Shown here one piece after another: positions 13,487 to 26,057 of a stretch of DNA of 64,000 nucleotides (positions are counted from its first letter, which is position 1; each line of letters starts with the position of its first letter). The position numbers and the translations under genes are program-made. The DNA comes from Nageia nagi. Lineage: Eukaryota > Plantae > Pinophyta. The notes beneath the pieces were generated by a model. The model worked only from the letters and a program-made list of their open reading frames with translations. It did not search any database and had not been told where the DNA came from. Location of the stretch: NCBI GenBank assembly GCA_050084985.1, contig JBITNC010000001.1, forward strand, positions 86,862,001-86,926,000. Reading direction: 5' to 3'.

Positions 13487-16400
13487 ATGTTCATTACTAT
13501 TGAATGGCTCTTGAAAATCAACATAACAAAACTTGATGAATTAGTTGTTCATCGATATACAACATACCTTTTCATGGAACAACAAAATCATATCATCCAA
13601 GCAAGAAAAGCTTGTGAAAATCAAATGAGGTGTAGACATGAGCAAGCTAGAGCAGATAATCTCAAAGCAAGAAGATAACAAAATCAACAAATCTTTGTTG
13701 ATGCAACATCAACATCCATACCCACATCAACAATTTCACCTCAATTACCTTCCCACATTCACTCGCATCCACTATTTCCAATCATCGATAATTCTACAAC
13801 AACATGCCCATCCATATTAACACATGCACCTCCAATGCTTCCACCAATCCACTCACCTCCACCTTTCACTCCAGAATATTACAATGCCAGAAATAAATTT
13901 CAATCCAAATTGGACAAGTTTTCAAATATGGCTACATGTTATATGTGAAAGGAGTGATATCCAGGAATAAAAATAAGACAAATAGATGGAAAATGTAGTT
14001 CTTATAGATGTAAATCAGAAATGAAATGGTAACCGCTTCTCAAAATGGAACAACATGGATTCCGATAAACAACCTCCATGTTTGCAAAAATTAACTTAGA
14101 TTGAGGAGATGCTAATAGCAAGAATTAGTCCTGTCCTTCAGGTTACATATGCAAGAGGAGGCCAACTACAATATAATGGTCACACTATTTGTTTTCCTCA
14201 GGATATTTCTACAATTGCAACTTATCTGCCCAAAACTCTAAATGGATTAGACATATTAATAGTGAATAGAAAAAATATCAAAAATCAGGAATATAGTTTT
14301 TACTTTTGTAGAAGTAACGTGCATGAGGCATTGAAATTCAAAATTAAATTTGATCCTTACTACAAAGAAGTACAATTAGATGAAGATGCATTATCTAAGT
14401 TACCACAAACACCTACAGATATTTGAAATCTTCTATATACAACAACTATAAACGCAGAATCCTTTGAAATAAATTCCATGGAAGCAAATGCTGGAGATGA
14501 TGATTCATTAGAAAATAACATCCACAACACAAGTTCTTTTGTGGCAAACCTTCCACCAGCAAGGCGAGAAGTAGAAGAATTATGTTCTTTATTGCAGCTA
14601 GAAGAAGGACCTCCAACACCTACTATTGAATGGCCTCCCATTACTATATCACCCATAAATGAGTACAACACAGAAAGATTATTTACAATGGCATTTCCTG
14701 CTTTGTTTCAAAAATGCAAAGCATCATTCAAACAACAACCCATGAAAGAATTTAAGCTACATGAATATGCCTTGTACCTTCTAAAGTATCATGACAAGAG
14801 GTCTGGCCAACACCCAAGATTCCGATATTTCATCCTCAATAGAATGATGCGGCATCGAAGTCGATCAACAACATTTGTTTTCACTAAAAAAAAATATCAA
14901 TGATAATCTACCAACAACAATTCAGGATCTTCAACAAAGATTGAAAGATGTACCTAATGATAAGATTGTTGACCACTTGATGCGTTTTGGTTCAACTATT
15001 CGAGGTACAAAACCATTTTGGAACCTTCGCAAAGCAGAGCTATCAGACATGATCATTCAAATCGGATGCCCTATGCTATTCTTCACCCTCAGTGTAGTAG
15101 ATACAAAATGGGCAAACCTACACAATATCATGCCAACTTCATCACCAAGAAATCCTCAATCAGCTTTCAAATGGAGGATACAAAATATCATTTAGAACCC
15201 GCACCTTGTTGCATTGTATATGCACTATCAATTTATAGCATTTCATGAAGTACTGGAAAAGCTCCTTGATGCATAAGACTATTGGTACAGGTATATACTA
15301 TTTATCATATATTTAAATTCTCATTACATCCCTCCTTTTTCTTGGCTAATTATTAATATTATCAGGTATGAATGGCAACATAGAGGATCCACTCATATAC
15401 ATGGATTCGTCTAGTTGAAAAGAATACCAAACATTGCAAAACTAGAAAGGAATAACTTTCAATCAGTCCAAAATGCAATTAACTATTTTGATAAATATGT
15501 ATCTGCTTGAAACCACCATCCCCCTTCACCACAAAATTCAACATTTCCTAGACATGTTGTTGACAACCCTTGTCTATTGGATAAAACATCCATTATGTCA
15601 AAAAACCCTTTCAATGACTACAATGAATTAGCCAATTGTGTCCAACACCATACAAAATGCACCTTACAAACATGCCTACATAAGAAAGGATCAGCTTTTG
15701 AATGTCGATGTAAAGCCCCTTGGCCCCTGCAAGATATTTCAAGTCTTGCACTTGATGATAAAGGTCAACCTAAATACACGCCTGCTCGTAATAATGATCA
15801 TCTGAATATTCACAACCCAATTATTCTATCTATTTGGAGAGCCAACATAGACTGAAGTATGTTTTATCAATCATTGTTGTTCTCAAATACATTACAAAAT
15901 ATGCAGCCAAAGCTGAAACCAAATCCGAACCATACCATGCAATGCTTTCACGTATTTCATCAAACTATGATGCAGACAAACCAACATCAGTTGCTTTTCG
16001 TAAAATGCTTGTTGAGAACCTTGTTGACCGTGATATTTTAGCACAAGAAGCTAGCCAGTTTTTGCTAAAACTACCACTATCCTTATGTAGCAGGTCTTTT
16101 GTTACTTTAAATGTAAACCACAAATATTATCAATGTCTTCCAATCTCAATCCAATCTACACCAAGGAACAAATCCTTGATAAATACTTACATGCGACGAC
16201 CAGAGAATATGGAAAATATGTCACTCATTGAAGTAGCTCAAAAATGGACATTCAAAGAATCCAAGAAAAAAAATAGATGGAAAAAACATACTATGGAAGC
16301 AATTGTGCGAGTCTCTCCAAGATTCACAAGCATCCCTGCAAAAGATGATATTCATTTTATAAAATTTTGTCAAACTGAGCTACTACTATATCGGCCTTTT

Positions 16401-17547
16401 CGTAACATTCAAGATGACACTACAGATACAACAAACCAACTTATGGAACAATGGGAAGCATTCAAAAATAGCTACAATGCATGGCATGTACGTAGAACAA
16501 CAATGGAAACAACTAAAGAAACTAAAGAAAGCACATCCTCAGATGAAGAAATCAACTTAAAACAAAGCATCCAAAGTGAATGGCAAGCCTTGTCATCTAT
16601 ACATCCAAGGAATCCTTTGCAGATAAACGAGATAGACATGCTTGGCCAATGTGACATGGACATTAACCACAACTGGGGAGCTACTCATTTCACTCAACAA
16701 CAACAAATTATGACATCCACTTTCATAGAGTACAATCAACAAAATTTTCAGCTAGCACCCAATCCCGTTTAGAATTCTTATCATAGCATGTCACTTGAAC
16801 AGAAAAAAGCATTTGATATAATACATTCACATCTATATGCCAATCGTTATGAAGAACCTCTTAGGATGATTGTACAAGGAACTACATGAACAGGAAAGTC
16901 ACACCTAATTAAAAGAATAAAATCTATGCTCCAAACATCAGCTCCAAATGGTCAATCACCATTGCTACTTCTTGCACCGAGTGTTGCAACATTCAACATA
17001 GCAGCTTCAACAATTCGTTATGCACTTCGAATACCCATCAGAGAAATGAATGCCCTACAAGGGCAATCACTTGCAAACTTTTAGGAAAAGATGTATTTCA
17101 TTCGATACATTATTGTTGATGAAATGAGTTTCATCAGTCCGAAAATGATGGGACGAATTGATCAAAGATTGCAAGAAGCCTTCCCTGCAAATAATCAAAC
17201 ACCATTTGACGAGCAATCTATCATCCTCTTCGGTGACTTGGCACAATTACCACTAGTGAAAGATATCCCAACATATGCTTCAACTTCTTACGGAGGGGCA
17301 TTATGGCGTAGCTTCACAACCATCATAACATTGAAAACAATTTTTCGTCAAAGTGGTGACAATCCAATCCAAATTCAGTTTCGTGACCTTCCATCAAATT
17401 TGGGAAATGTAGAACCTACAATTGCATATTGGCAAACTTTGATGTCACGTACAAACTCCAACCTCGATCCTATCGAGCAATCCACTTTCTTCTCCTCCAT
17501 GTATCTTTACGCAACAAATGAAATGGTTTCACTACATAACAAACATA
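13487..17547 (+). pseudogene. Rep-helicase gene: DUF6570-like + HUH Rep + PIF1 helicase motifs I-III
   Basis: EEMLIARISPVLQV..GGQLQYNGHTICFPQD; motif 1 LFFTLSVVDTKW; motif 2 YRYEWQHRGSTHIHG after splicing a 75-bp intron (15291-15365); motif 3 YITKYAAK; Walker A QGTT*TGKS; IIVDEMS; FGDLAQLP; LKTIFRQ. Multiple stops. Confidence 0.92.
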
Positions 17548-18530
17548 TGTTAGAGTGTTAAGTACACTTAAGAGTATTTTTATTTATTTCCTAGGTTTTC
17601 TATTCTCTAGCTAGTTTGTTGTGGTGATAACCACTTCCTTGTCATTTGTGCAATTTACCTTCACGCATGGTTGGCATGTTGTTGTACATTAGTTTGTATT
17701 TGCCCTATTTATTTGGGCTCCATTCTCATTTCGTAGTGAATTCAGTTTGAGGATTTCAGCTTCTTTCTCGTTCTTGTGATGCTCTTGCATTTCCTTTTTC
17801 TAGGTGTGATTTGCTCTTCTCGCAAATCTTCACATTGTACCAGAGCTGGTTGGATTTTTGCAAGCATCCAGACTCAATGTGAAGCTCTCTCAGATCTGGT
17901 TCTTCTCTTGGGTGTCATGTGCTCTCCTCATGAGTTTGTGGATGTTGGCGTGATTGTTTTCAAGCCCCTTTGTTGGATGTAGCCCTCCTTTTGCGTGTTT
18001 TGTGGTGAGAGAGCATCGCCTCAAGTTACCGCTCCTCGTGCATTTTTTTGGTCTGGATCTGCTCCAACATTCCTCCTGCTCATGATCTACACTTGTTTTG
18101 AGGCATGAGTGGTGGCGTCTTAATCTGTAGTCCGTTGCTGGACTCCCTCCTACGAGGCATCTCTTCAACTCGTCACTTCCAGCTCGACGTCTCATCCAGA
18201 TCTAGCCCTGTGTTGTCTCTAGCTACTCAAGATCGGGGTGCTCCTCCACAATGACTAAAGATCCCTCTCAACATTGCTAGCCAACCAGCTCTCTACAAAT
18301 TTGCAATTCCATCTGCTAACATGGGAGCTCCTCTTTGCCCTCAGAAGGTGCGCTCTCTCTCAAGATTCTCTTCCCTCAGGCCGTGTTGTCTCTTGGCCTC
18401 CACATCTGTTGGGTCTGTTCCCTCTGCTCGCTCCCAACTCGACGCCCTCCAGGATCCTTTCCTCTCCTTTGCGTGGCCCCTTCTGTTTTTTGGTGGGCGG
18501 CTCTACAAAATCCTCCACCTCTGCTCAGCC
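17548..18530 (+). mobile_element. Truncated LTR retrotransposon 5' end (short LTR + PBS + leader) inserted in the helicase
   Basis: tgttagag at 17548 where helicase homology stops; ...tcaca at 17834 followed by degenerate tRNA-Met PBS ttgtaccagagc. Confidence 0.65.
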
Positions 18531-19409
18531 CTTTGCAAGTTTAAATAAAAATTTTGAAACAGCAATGGAAAGTCGAGTCTTAGTCAATGGAAAGCCATTC
18601 AAAACCGGCATTTTGTTATAAGGCAGGATTTGTTTGTACAAAGTCGTTTGAGCCATGTTGGGGTGAAGTTTATAAGTCATATGTCGAGAAGAGTCCATTC
18701 TATGAAAATCGGCAAATTGAACCCACAGAATTCTAGTGGTGACATCACATTTTTGAGTAATGATGTCAAACTTTATGGAGGAAATTAGCACTCTAAAAGT
18801 TTCAACAATACCCGCTGAGATGTAATAAGACCGCCAGAGTAAGTAAAAGCTGTAAGAGGAGGTGAACACTCGAGTCCACCTAACAAAGGGATTGTTCTTG
18901 CACATTATGAATTAGTTCATGCAATTTTCTCTATTTTTACTTGAAGTTTGATGCAAAATTTAAATTTAATACAAGAATAAGTCTACCAAAAATTTGGTAA
19001 TATGTCAAATTTACTATGATTTATTATTAATGATTTTGCCTAGAAAACAGCGTACCTATTGCACTTGGTCAAAGTCATGTAGCAGGCAATGTTATAAGAG
19101 TCCATGTAAATTGAACCCGCGAAACTCCAATGGTGGCATCACACTTCTTGGCGAGGATCAACGGGCATTAGACAGCTTTATCAGCAGGTAGTACAAACAA
19201 GCTTCAATAGACCTCGCCAGTTTTGAGTAATGAAGTCACACTTTTTGGAGGAAATTGGCGGGTAGCAAGTCCATAAGCAATCTAAAAGTTTCAACAATAC
19301 CCGTCGAGGTGTAACAAGACCCGCCAAAGTAAAGGCAGTAAGAGGAGGTGAACATCCAAGTCCACCTAATCAAGGGTGTATGACCCCCCGGACTCTGTCA
19401 ACATGTCAC

Positions 19410-19650
19410 ACGAAGATAAATTCCACTGAAAATGGCATGGGCCTTGACAATACATAAATCACAAGTGCTTACTTTTACAGCTATTTCAGGAGTTCGTGGA
19501 CTATCTTGTCTACAAACAATCCTACCTTCACATTCCACAGATAAGCACACATGGGAGCAAGTGCAAATGTTATTCATCGCAAAAAAGAAGTATGTTAAAT
19601 GTCATTATCAAATGTCAATACAATAAATAAATATTACCTTTTCAAATAAC
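19410..19650 (+). pseudogene. PIF1 helicase C-terminus of the same Rep-helicase gene
   Basis: IPLKMAWALTIHKSQ...TAISGV, with an internal deletion relative to the copy at 6916-7188. Confidence 0.85.
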
Positions 19651-21263
19651 ATTATTATATATTTTTGCTTTTCAGAAACAAATGTTTAAGTAACTTACTG
19701 TGTATATACATAACTTAATATACTTACACTTTCCAAACAAATTTTTTTATACATGACACACAAAAATAAATTCAATATTATATATCATGCTTATACTTAT
19801 CATGTTCAATATTGATGTATTGATATATTTCAAATGTTATTCTTAGTCAAGGCTTGGTATTGTTTACTGTATTTCCGGGTTGTGTTCATATTGTCGGGTC
19901 TTAGTTAGTGGAAAGTCATTCAAAACCGCCATTTTGTTATAAGGTGGGAGTTGTTTGTACAAAGTCATATGAGCTATGTTCGGGTGAAGATTATAAGTCA
20001 TTGTTGATCAGGACGATGTACCGCTAAAGGGTTTGGTCTTGCAAATTCTCCATCACCTGATAATAGCAAGGTTCTTGAATGACCAGAAAGTGGTGGGACA
20101 ATGCACTCATGGGGTTTTCTGCTCAATCTCCGGGTTATAGGTTGGTTCCTATCTATGAAAAAGGTCAAAAGTAGCAAGAAAGAAATAAAAACCTAAACTA
20201 CTGAATAAAGAAAGCAAATAACATGAAAGCAAACTAAACTAATCAGCCCGAGCATCACTGCACAGGCAGTAATCCATAGCCAAGACTAATAATAGATCAA
20301 CTACTGCTGCCATGTGGAAATGAGTTGCAATCGACACGTTGACAGAGTCTCGAGGGTTATACACCCTTGATTAAGTGGTCTTGGGTGTTCACCTCCTCTT
20401 ACAGTCTTTATTTGTCCTTGACGGGTCTTGTTATGCCTCGATGGGTATTGTTATGCTTTGGCAGGGGTTGCTGAATATCTGTGGAACTTATCACCTGCCG
20501 ATTTCTCCTAAAAAATGTGACATCATCGCTCAAAACTAGCGGGGTTTGTTGAATATAGAGTTATGAACATTTCCCACCATGAAAAACTATCAAGATCATC
20601 CGGTGATGTTGTCTGGAGTCCGTTGATTTCCACCGAAAAGTATGTCATCAACGTTGGATTTTCATGGGCCCTACTTCGCTTGGCTCTTACGACAACGCCT
20701 GCTACATTACTTAACCATAAATTAACACTTATATACAAGGCCCAGAAACAATACTTGAACTAAGCTAAACCAAAACATAAGTAATTTGACTCACAACCGA
20801 GCCTGGACTTGACTCTTGTGACAACATTGCGCGCGACATGACTTAACCTAAACTGACAATTATGTACAACAGGGCCCAAAAATAACCCCCAGACTATAAA
20901 AGACCGAAACTTAAGTAACTAGACTCGAGATAGGGCCCCAACATAATTTAGATGAACAAATAGACTATATATAATAACACTCGGAAATAAGACATGGACT
21001 ATGCTAGACCAAAACATAAGTAATTTGACTAGCAACAGGGCCCAAACTTGACTTAGACAAATACACAGACTCTATACAATATATCTCGAAATTACTTATA
21101 AACTTCACTTGGACATGGCTTTTTCATAACTCTATATTCAACAGACCCCGCCAATTTTGAGTAATGGCGTCAGACTTTTGGAGGAAATCAACGGATAGTA
21201 AGTTCACAAGCAATCTAAAAGTTTCTTCCACTTTATGAATTAGTTCATGCAATTTTTAATAAA

Positions 21264-22139
21264 TGTTAACAATCTTATCATGAGCAAGAACAACAAAAGC
21301 AAACTCAAACATGCAAGACAAGAAAACCATCATATAACGAGGTTCACTCAACATCTTGTTGAGCTACATCCCCGGAGAAACACCAACACCTATATCTTTG
21401 TATTATCACAATACAACATACGTGAAAGAACTGTACAACACAATCAACTGCAATACCCCCTCTCCAATACACTAGCATCTCTCCATCATGAGTGTTTCTC
21501 ACTCGCAACATAATCACTCTAACAGCAATGACAATATTTCTCCAAGCTCTTCACCAAGCTTCTCACGAGTTTCTCTTCACCCACAACATAATCACTCCAT
21601 TGTGATTTCAAGCAATTCCTCTCATCTTCTCACTGAAGGAATACACCACAAGAATGCCTCCATGGACATCCTTCCATAATACCATCACAGGCATTACCAC
21701 ACACTGGAATTACATCCTCCAACATTCCCCTTACACTTAGTCATTAATCAAGACATTCCTCATGTATGCCCACAAGTTGCGCCACCTACACCAGAGTGGA
21801 TCTCCTCTCCACATATCCAGGAATATGCCTTAGCTTCTCCAAACACTCACACCATACTCCTACCGTTCATAACCCAATCCATCAATTTATAACTAGTAAA
21901 GGCCCGTATACAACCAAGTCAGTATTTGATGAATTGGATCTCAGAGATTTCCATATCTGATCTTTGCAATTAATAGATCATGGTTTTTGGCATACGATTT
22001 TCAGCACACTAGATATCAACCCACAATTTATTGGCATACAAATTAAACCAACCAGTTTCATTGAATAAGGATGATCATTTGAGATCTGGATCAAATCAAA
22101 TCGGATCACCTCATTGAAAGTCAAGCTCCATACTTAACA
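21264..22139 (-). mobile_element. Solo LTR without matching TSD
   Basis: tgttaa...ttaaca termini; minus-strand ggatgtagc..gtgaacc motif also seen in other LTRs of the window; flanks ATAAA vs ACTTC. Confidence 0.7.
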
Positions 22140-23770
22140 ACTTCTTGGGTCGTCTCGAGGGTCATCTTATCAATGATGGCTCTAGTTTATCACCACAAGT
22201 ATCACCATTGTAAATCCAATCCTCTGCAGGCATAATAGGATATATCGGTGATTGGTAGGTTATCTAATAGGCAACAATTGTGTGGAAGATCTCAATGTTG
22301 TTTGCAATCGCAAAACGACGAAAAAGCAAAACACTAATGGCATGTACACAGGGATTCCAAAGAGTTGTCAATGTTGGCATGAGCATTGATGCTAGTGAAG
22401 ATCAACAATTTGCGATGTAGATTCAGAAAGGCATTCAAATAAGACATCAATCGCTAGAATAATTCAATATTGACGTGCAAATTCTTGTGATTTTTGCACT
22501 TTCCAAACTGTAGCATTAGAGAGGCCCAAGATATCGAAGAGTAGTCGCATGTCATTCATCATACCATATCATAAGCTAACGACAAATGTGCTCCATCATC
22601 AAAACGATAGGCTTCTCACGAGCTTCAAGGATCCACGAATTCAACGACTCAAAAATGTTTGAAGTGAAATGCCCAAATTGTCGACCTTGAAAATGGGCAG
22701 ATGCCCAGAATCTGGGCTCCGAGTCTTGGATCCATGCTACAGCCGCTTGAGATATTGTTGCGATATGTTCAATTTGTGTCTCAAATTCATCTACTATTGA
22801 TGCATATGTTGCATTCCGTAGATGGCCAACCATCACAAGATTTTTGACTTGCTTGCAGAAGTTCTTTGCTAAATGGCGCATGCAAAAAGCATGCTTAGCA
22901 ATAGGGAAAGCATGTTCAACCCCTTGGATGAGGCCCTTTTGATCATATGAAAGGAAGGTGTATTCTTGTTCCATAGGAGCATGCATTGCAATGGCATGTT
23001 GCCTCTTTGTCAAGAACTGTATCCAATTTGCATCATTCTCCGCTGGAACAACAACAAATGTAATTGGAAATAAGACTCCTTCTGTGTCAACAGCTATGGC
23101 AGCCATCAATGTTCCAAGGATTTTCCCTCGCAAGTGTGTGCCATCAATTCCCTATCACAAGCTGACAATGAGGAAAGCCACAAAGAGAAACATCATGTGC
23201 AATGAAGAGATGATGGAAGCAACAATTCTCATCCTCAACATCAACGACACTTCCCAGATTTGTGAGTTTGAGCTCATAATAGTACTTTCGCACCTTTGAA
23301 TATCCCAAATGACCCAATTAGCTCATTATTTACTCGCTCTTTTCCATGACATGGTTGCAGATAGGAAACGGTGATACCCTCATTTCGTCGCAAATCCTTT
23401 GTGATTTTCGTTGCATGATATGTAGGTGTATCTTGCAATCTAGCCTAAACCTTGGAAGCAACCCAATCAACATCAGATTGACGGTTGCAAAGATATTGAG
23501 TACTGATGCAAGTGTGTTTTGTATTGGTTATTTTGATGACAAACTCATTGGTGTTTGTTGGTTTGGAGGCATGAATACGCTAGGGGCATTGCAGTTCAGA
23601 GCACACAATAGTGTATCGATGTGTATCAGATTTTAAACCCCTTCATAATAATGAGCAATCATATCTTGCTTAACTGCAGTTTTCAGATCTGTGCTACATG
23701 GAAAAACTGCTCCATCAATGAATGCCATTACTATATTCTGTGCTTTGTCAAATAGTTCCATTCCATGATT
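22140..23770 (-). mobile_element. MULE/MuDR transposase pseudogene
   Basis: CP*RIHAS (MuDR domain); GTLMAAIAVDTEGVLFPITF...SYDQKGL...HAFCMRHL...TSNIFESLNS (DDE); CSC..GIPCVHAI (SWIM); ends at RRPKK. Confidence 0.9.
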
Positions 23771-24619
23771 GTTTTCTACCTTTTTTCAAATTTTGTCCTA
23801 AGTTTGTCCTGTACTCTTCTCCAATTTGCATGAATGTCATCCAATTCAGTTTACATGTCATTTAAGATGTACATTTTGTCAAATTGTTTGCAAATATAAT
23901 AGAATGCAATCAGAGATAGATTTACCATATAACTTCAGTGTTGGTACCCTTAACTAGCAATTGCCAAAGAAGAGTCCCCCAATTTTTGCTAACCACCCAA
24001 TTATTCCACTATTGAATGTGCCCAAGGTGAATGAGACGCTATCCTTGGGGAGTCCATCACCGAAAACTAAACTGTAATTTCAAAGAATGAGACGTTCCCA
24101 ATAAGACTAGTTTGGGTGGCTAACATGGAAACTCCTCTCAAAAACACACCGTGTGACTTGAAGTTGTTGAAAGAGGGTCACCTTGGTTTGTCGGATGAGG
24201 ATGGGTTAACTATTTAGTGGGTCAATGTGACCAACAGGGCATCTAACGCTATGTTATTAGATTCCATCAATTTGGTCATGTTGGCCGTTGAGGTAAATAT
24301 GCAAGTGTCTCCATTTTGTCATGGCAACAGTTGCAGATCAAAGCTCCCTCGAATATTCACCACATTGCAAGTGTCTCCATTTTGAGAGCTTTGTTATCGC
24401 CTTCATTGACCGCATTCCTCCCTAAGATACTGACAAAATCTGGAAGCAGCAATTGAATCTGAGTGTCAACATCACCCTTGCTAGTTTAGATGGGTTCTGC
24501 TTTAAGAGATCTAATTACAGTTTTTTGTTCTTGGCTGATGGTAGCGAGGATGTGGAAAAGCTTTGAATAGTTGCTTGGATAAAAATTGGCATGAAATAGA
24601 TATCCAAATTTCTATTTTA

Positions 24620-24720
24620 ATATTTATAAAAATGTGATAAGGGTATTTTGGATATTATTGAAAAAACAGAGGTATATTTGATATTACTTTAAATTTCAGG
24701 GGTATTTTAGATATTTTCCC
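24620..24720 (-). repeat. Possible MULE 5' TIR
   Basis: Minus strand starts gggaaaatatctaaaatacccc with repeated aatatc..aatacc units, typical of MULE TIRs; partner TIR not seen. Confidence 0.4.
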
Positions 24721-26057
24721 TAAATAATATGTATACTTACAAAAAAACTCAACTAACAAATTCATACTTACAATATCTATATAGACATCTCACAAAATCT
24801 ATTAATTCATTCTTGCCTTGAATCCTCCAAAGGGATTTTGGTTGGATTATCTTCCCTTATGTTCCATTCATTGTTGGATCCTATCGAGATGAGCATCCCT
24901 TGGTTGGCCAACAAGTTTGGTCCCTTATTGGCATACTTTCTCATATGGTTTATCTTCTTTAAGCTTCTCAATTCCCTCCAATATGGAACTTCATAACCTC
25001 CATGTCCTTCCAAATATCTATGAGCTCTCTAGTAGCAAGCTAAAGTCCTTCAAGCATTGAGACAACTATTTGAGAATATCCCTCTATGTATACCTCGTAA
25101 TTTTGTTGCAAATGAGATGAAGAGTCATTAAGCCTGCCAAAGCTTCTAAATTATTATTAGTACATCTTTAAATCCCTTACAAAAATGACTCTACCTTGAC
25201 AAAATTTCTTTTTGAAGCCCCATCATCATTGATTTTTGCACCCCTTCCTTAGGGCTTTCCCATTTCTACTTCCAAGTCTTGGCCCATGTTGCACCTTCCT
25301 AAACAACGTAGATCAAATTCCATCTAGAAAGGATTTCCTTATCTATATGTGAATCCTCTTTGGGCCAAGTCTAAACATCTTCACAAATAGTCTTCTTAAC
25401 TTTGCCTATGATTTCCTGAAACTCAAAAAGTTATCACCTTCGAAGATTCTGCAATTTCACTCCAGCCAATTACCAATGGTTTTAGTCTCCAAATCAGTTG
25501 GAAAACAGAAGAATTGGAAGGATGAGTCCAGCCTTTTTACAAATACCTCCAAATATTCTGCCACGAACCACTGTACACCCATATTTTTAAGGAACCAATC
25601 CCAGATTCTCCAACCCATAGGAGATTGGAGAATTAAATGACAAATTGTTTCCTCATTGCTCCAACAAACGTAACATACTCATGCTCCTCTCCATCACCTT
25701 GTTCTTATCTTAGTTGTCATGATCATATTTTTCACAGCCAACCACAAGCAGCATTATTCGGAATCCCCTCTTATCTCTTACCTGGGCAGTCAATTTTCTG
25801 AATAATAAGGTTATGAATCAATGTGTTATCTTTATTCAATATGTAATTCTCCCTCCTTTAAGGTTCTCCAAATAGTCAACTACCCTTGGGCCCCATCTAA
25901 ATATGCAAAAATATTTGCATTTGGTTTGTATTATTCTATGAGGGTATTTGGAAGGACTCATTTATTATCCCAAAAAAATTATTTCCTCACATATCCCATG
26001 ATCAAACTGGTGTATCCTATTATAAAACTTCATATAAAAGATCCTTTGTGGGGATTG

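Larger units (their letters stand above)
11021..21257 (+). mobile_element. Helitron2/Helentron-type (HLE2) element, degenerate near-complete copy; true 5' end not located
   Basis: RPA70-like gene, then DUF6570-Rep-PIF1 gene, then a ~1.6 kb repeat-rich 3' region shared with the inverted copy at 5225-9092. Confidence 0.88.

Noticed and set aside
5225-21257. One transposon with multi-kb terminal inverted repeats
   Set aside because: The left arm contains coding pieces (RPA end, DUF6570 region, helicase tail), so it is a second deleted copy and not a TIR.
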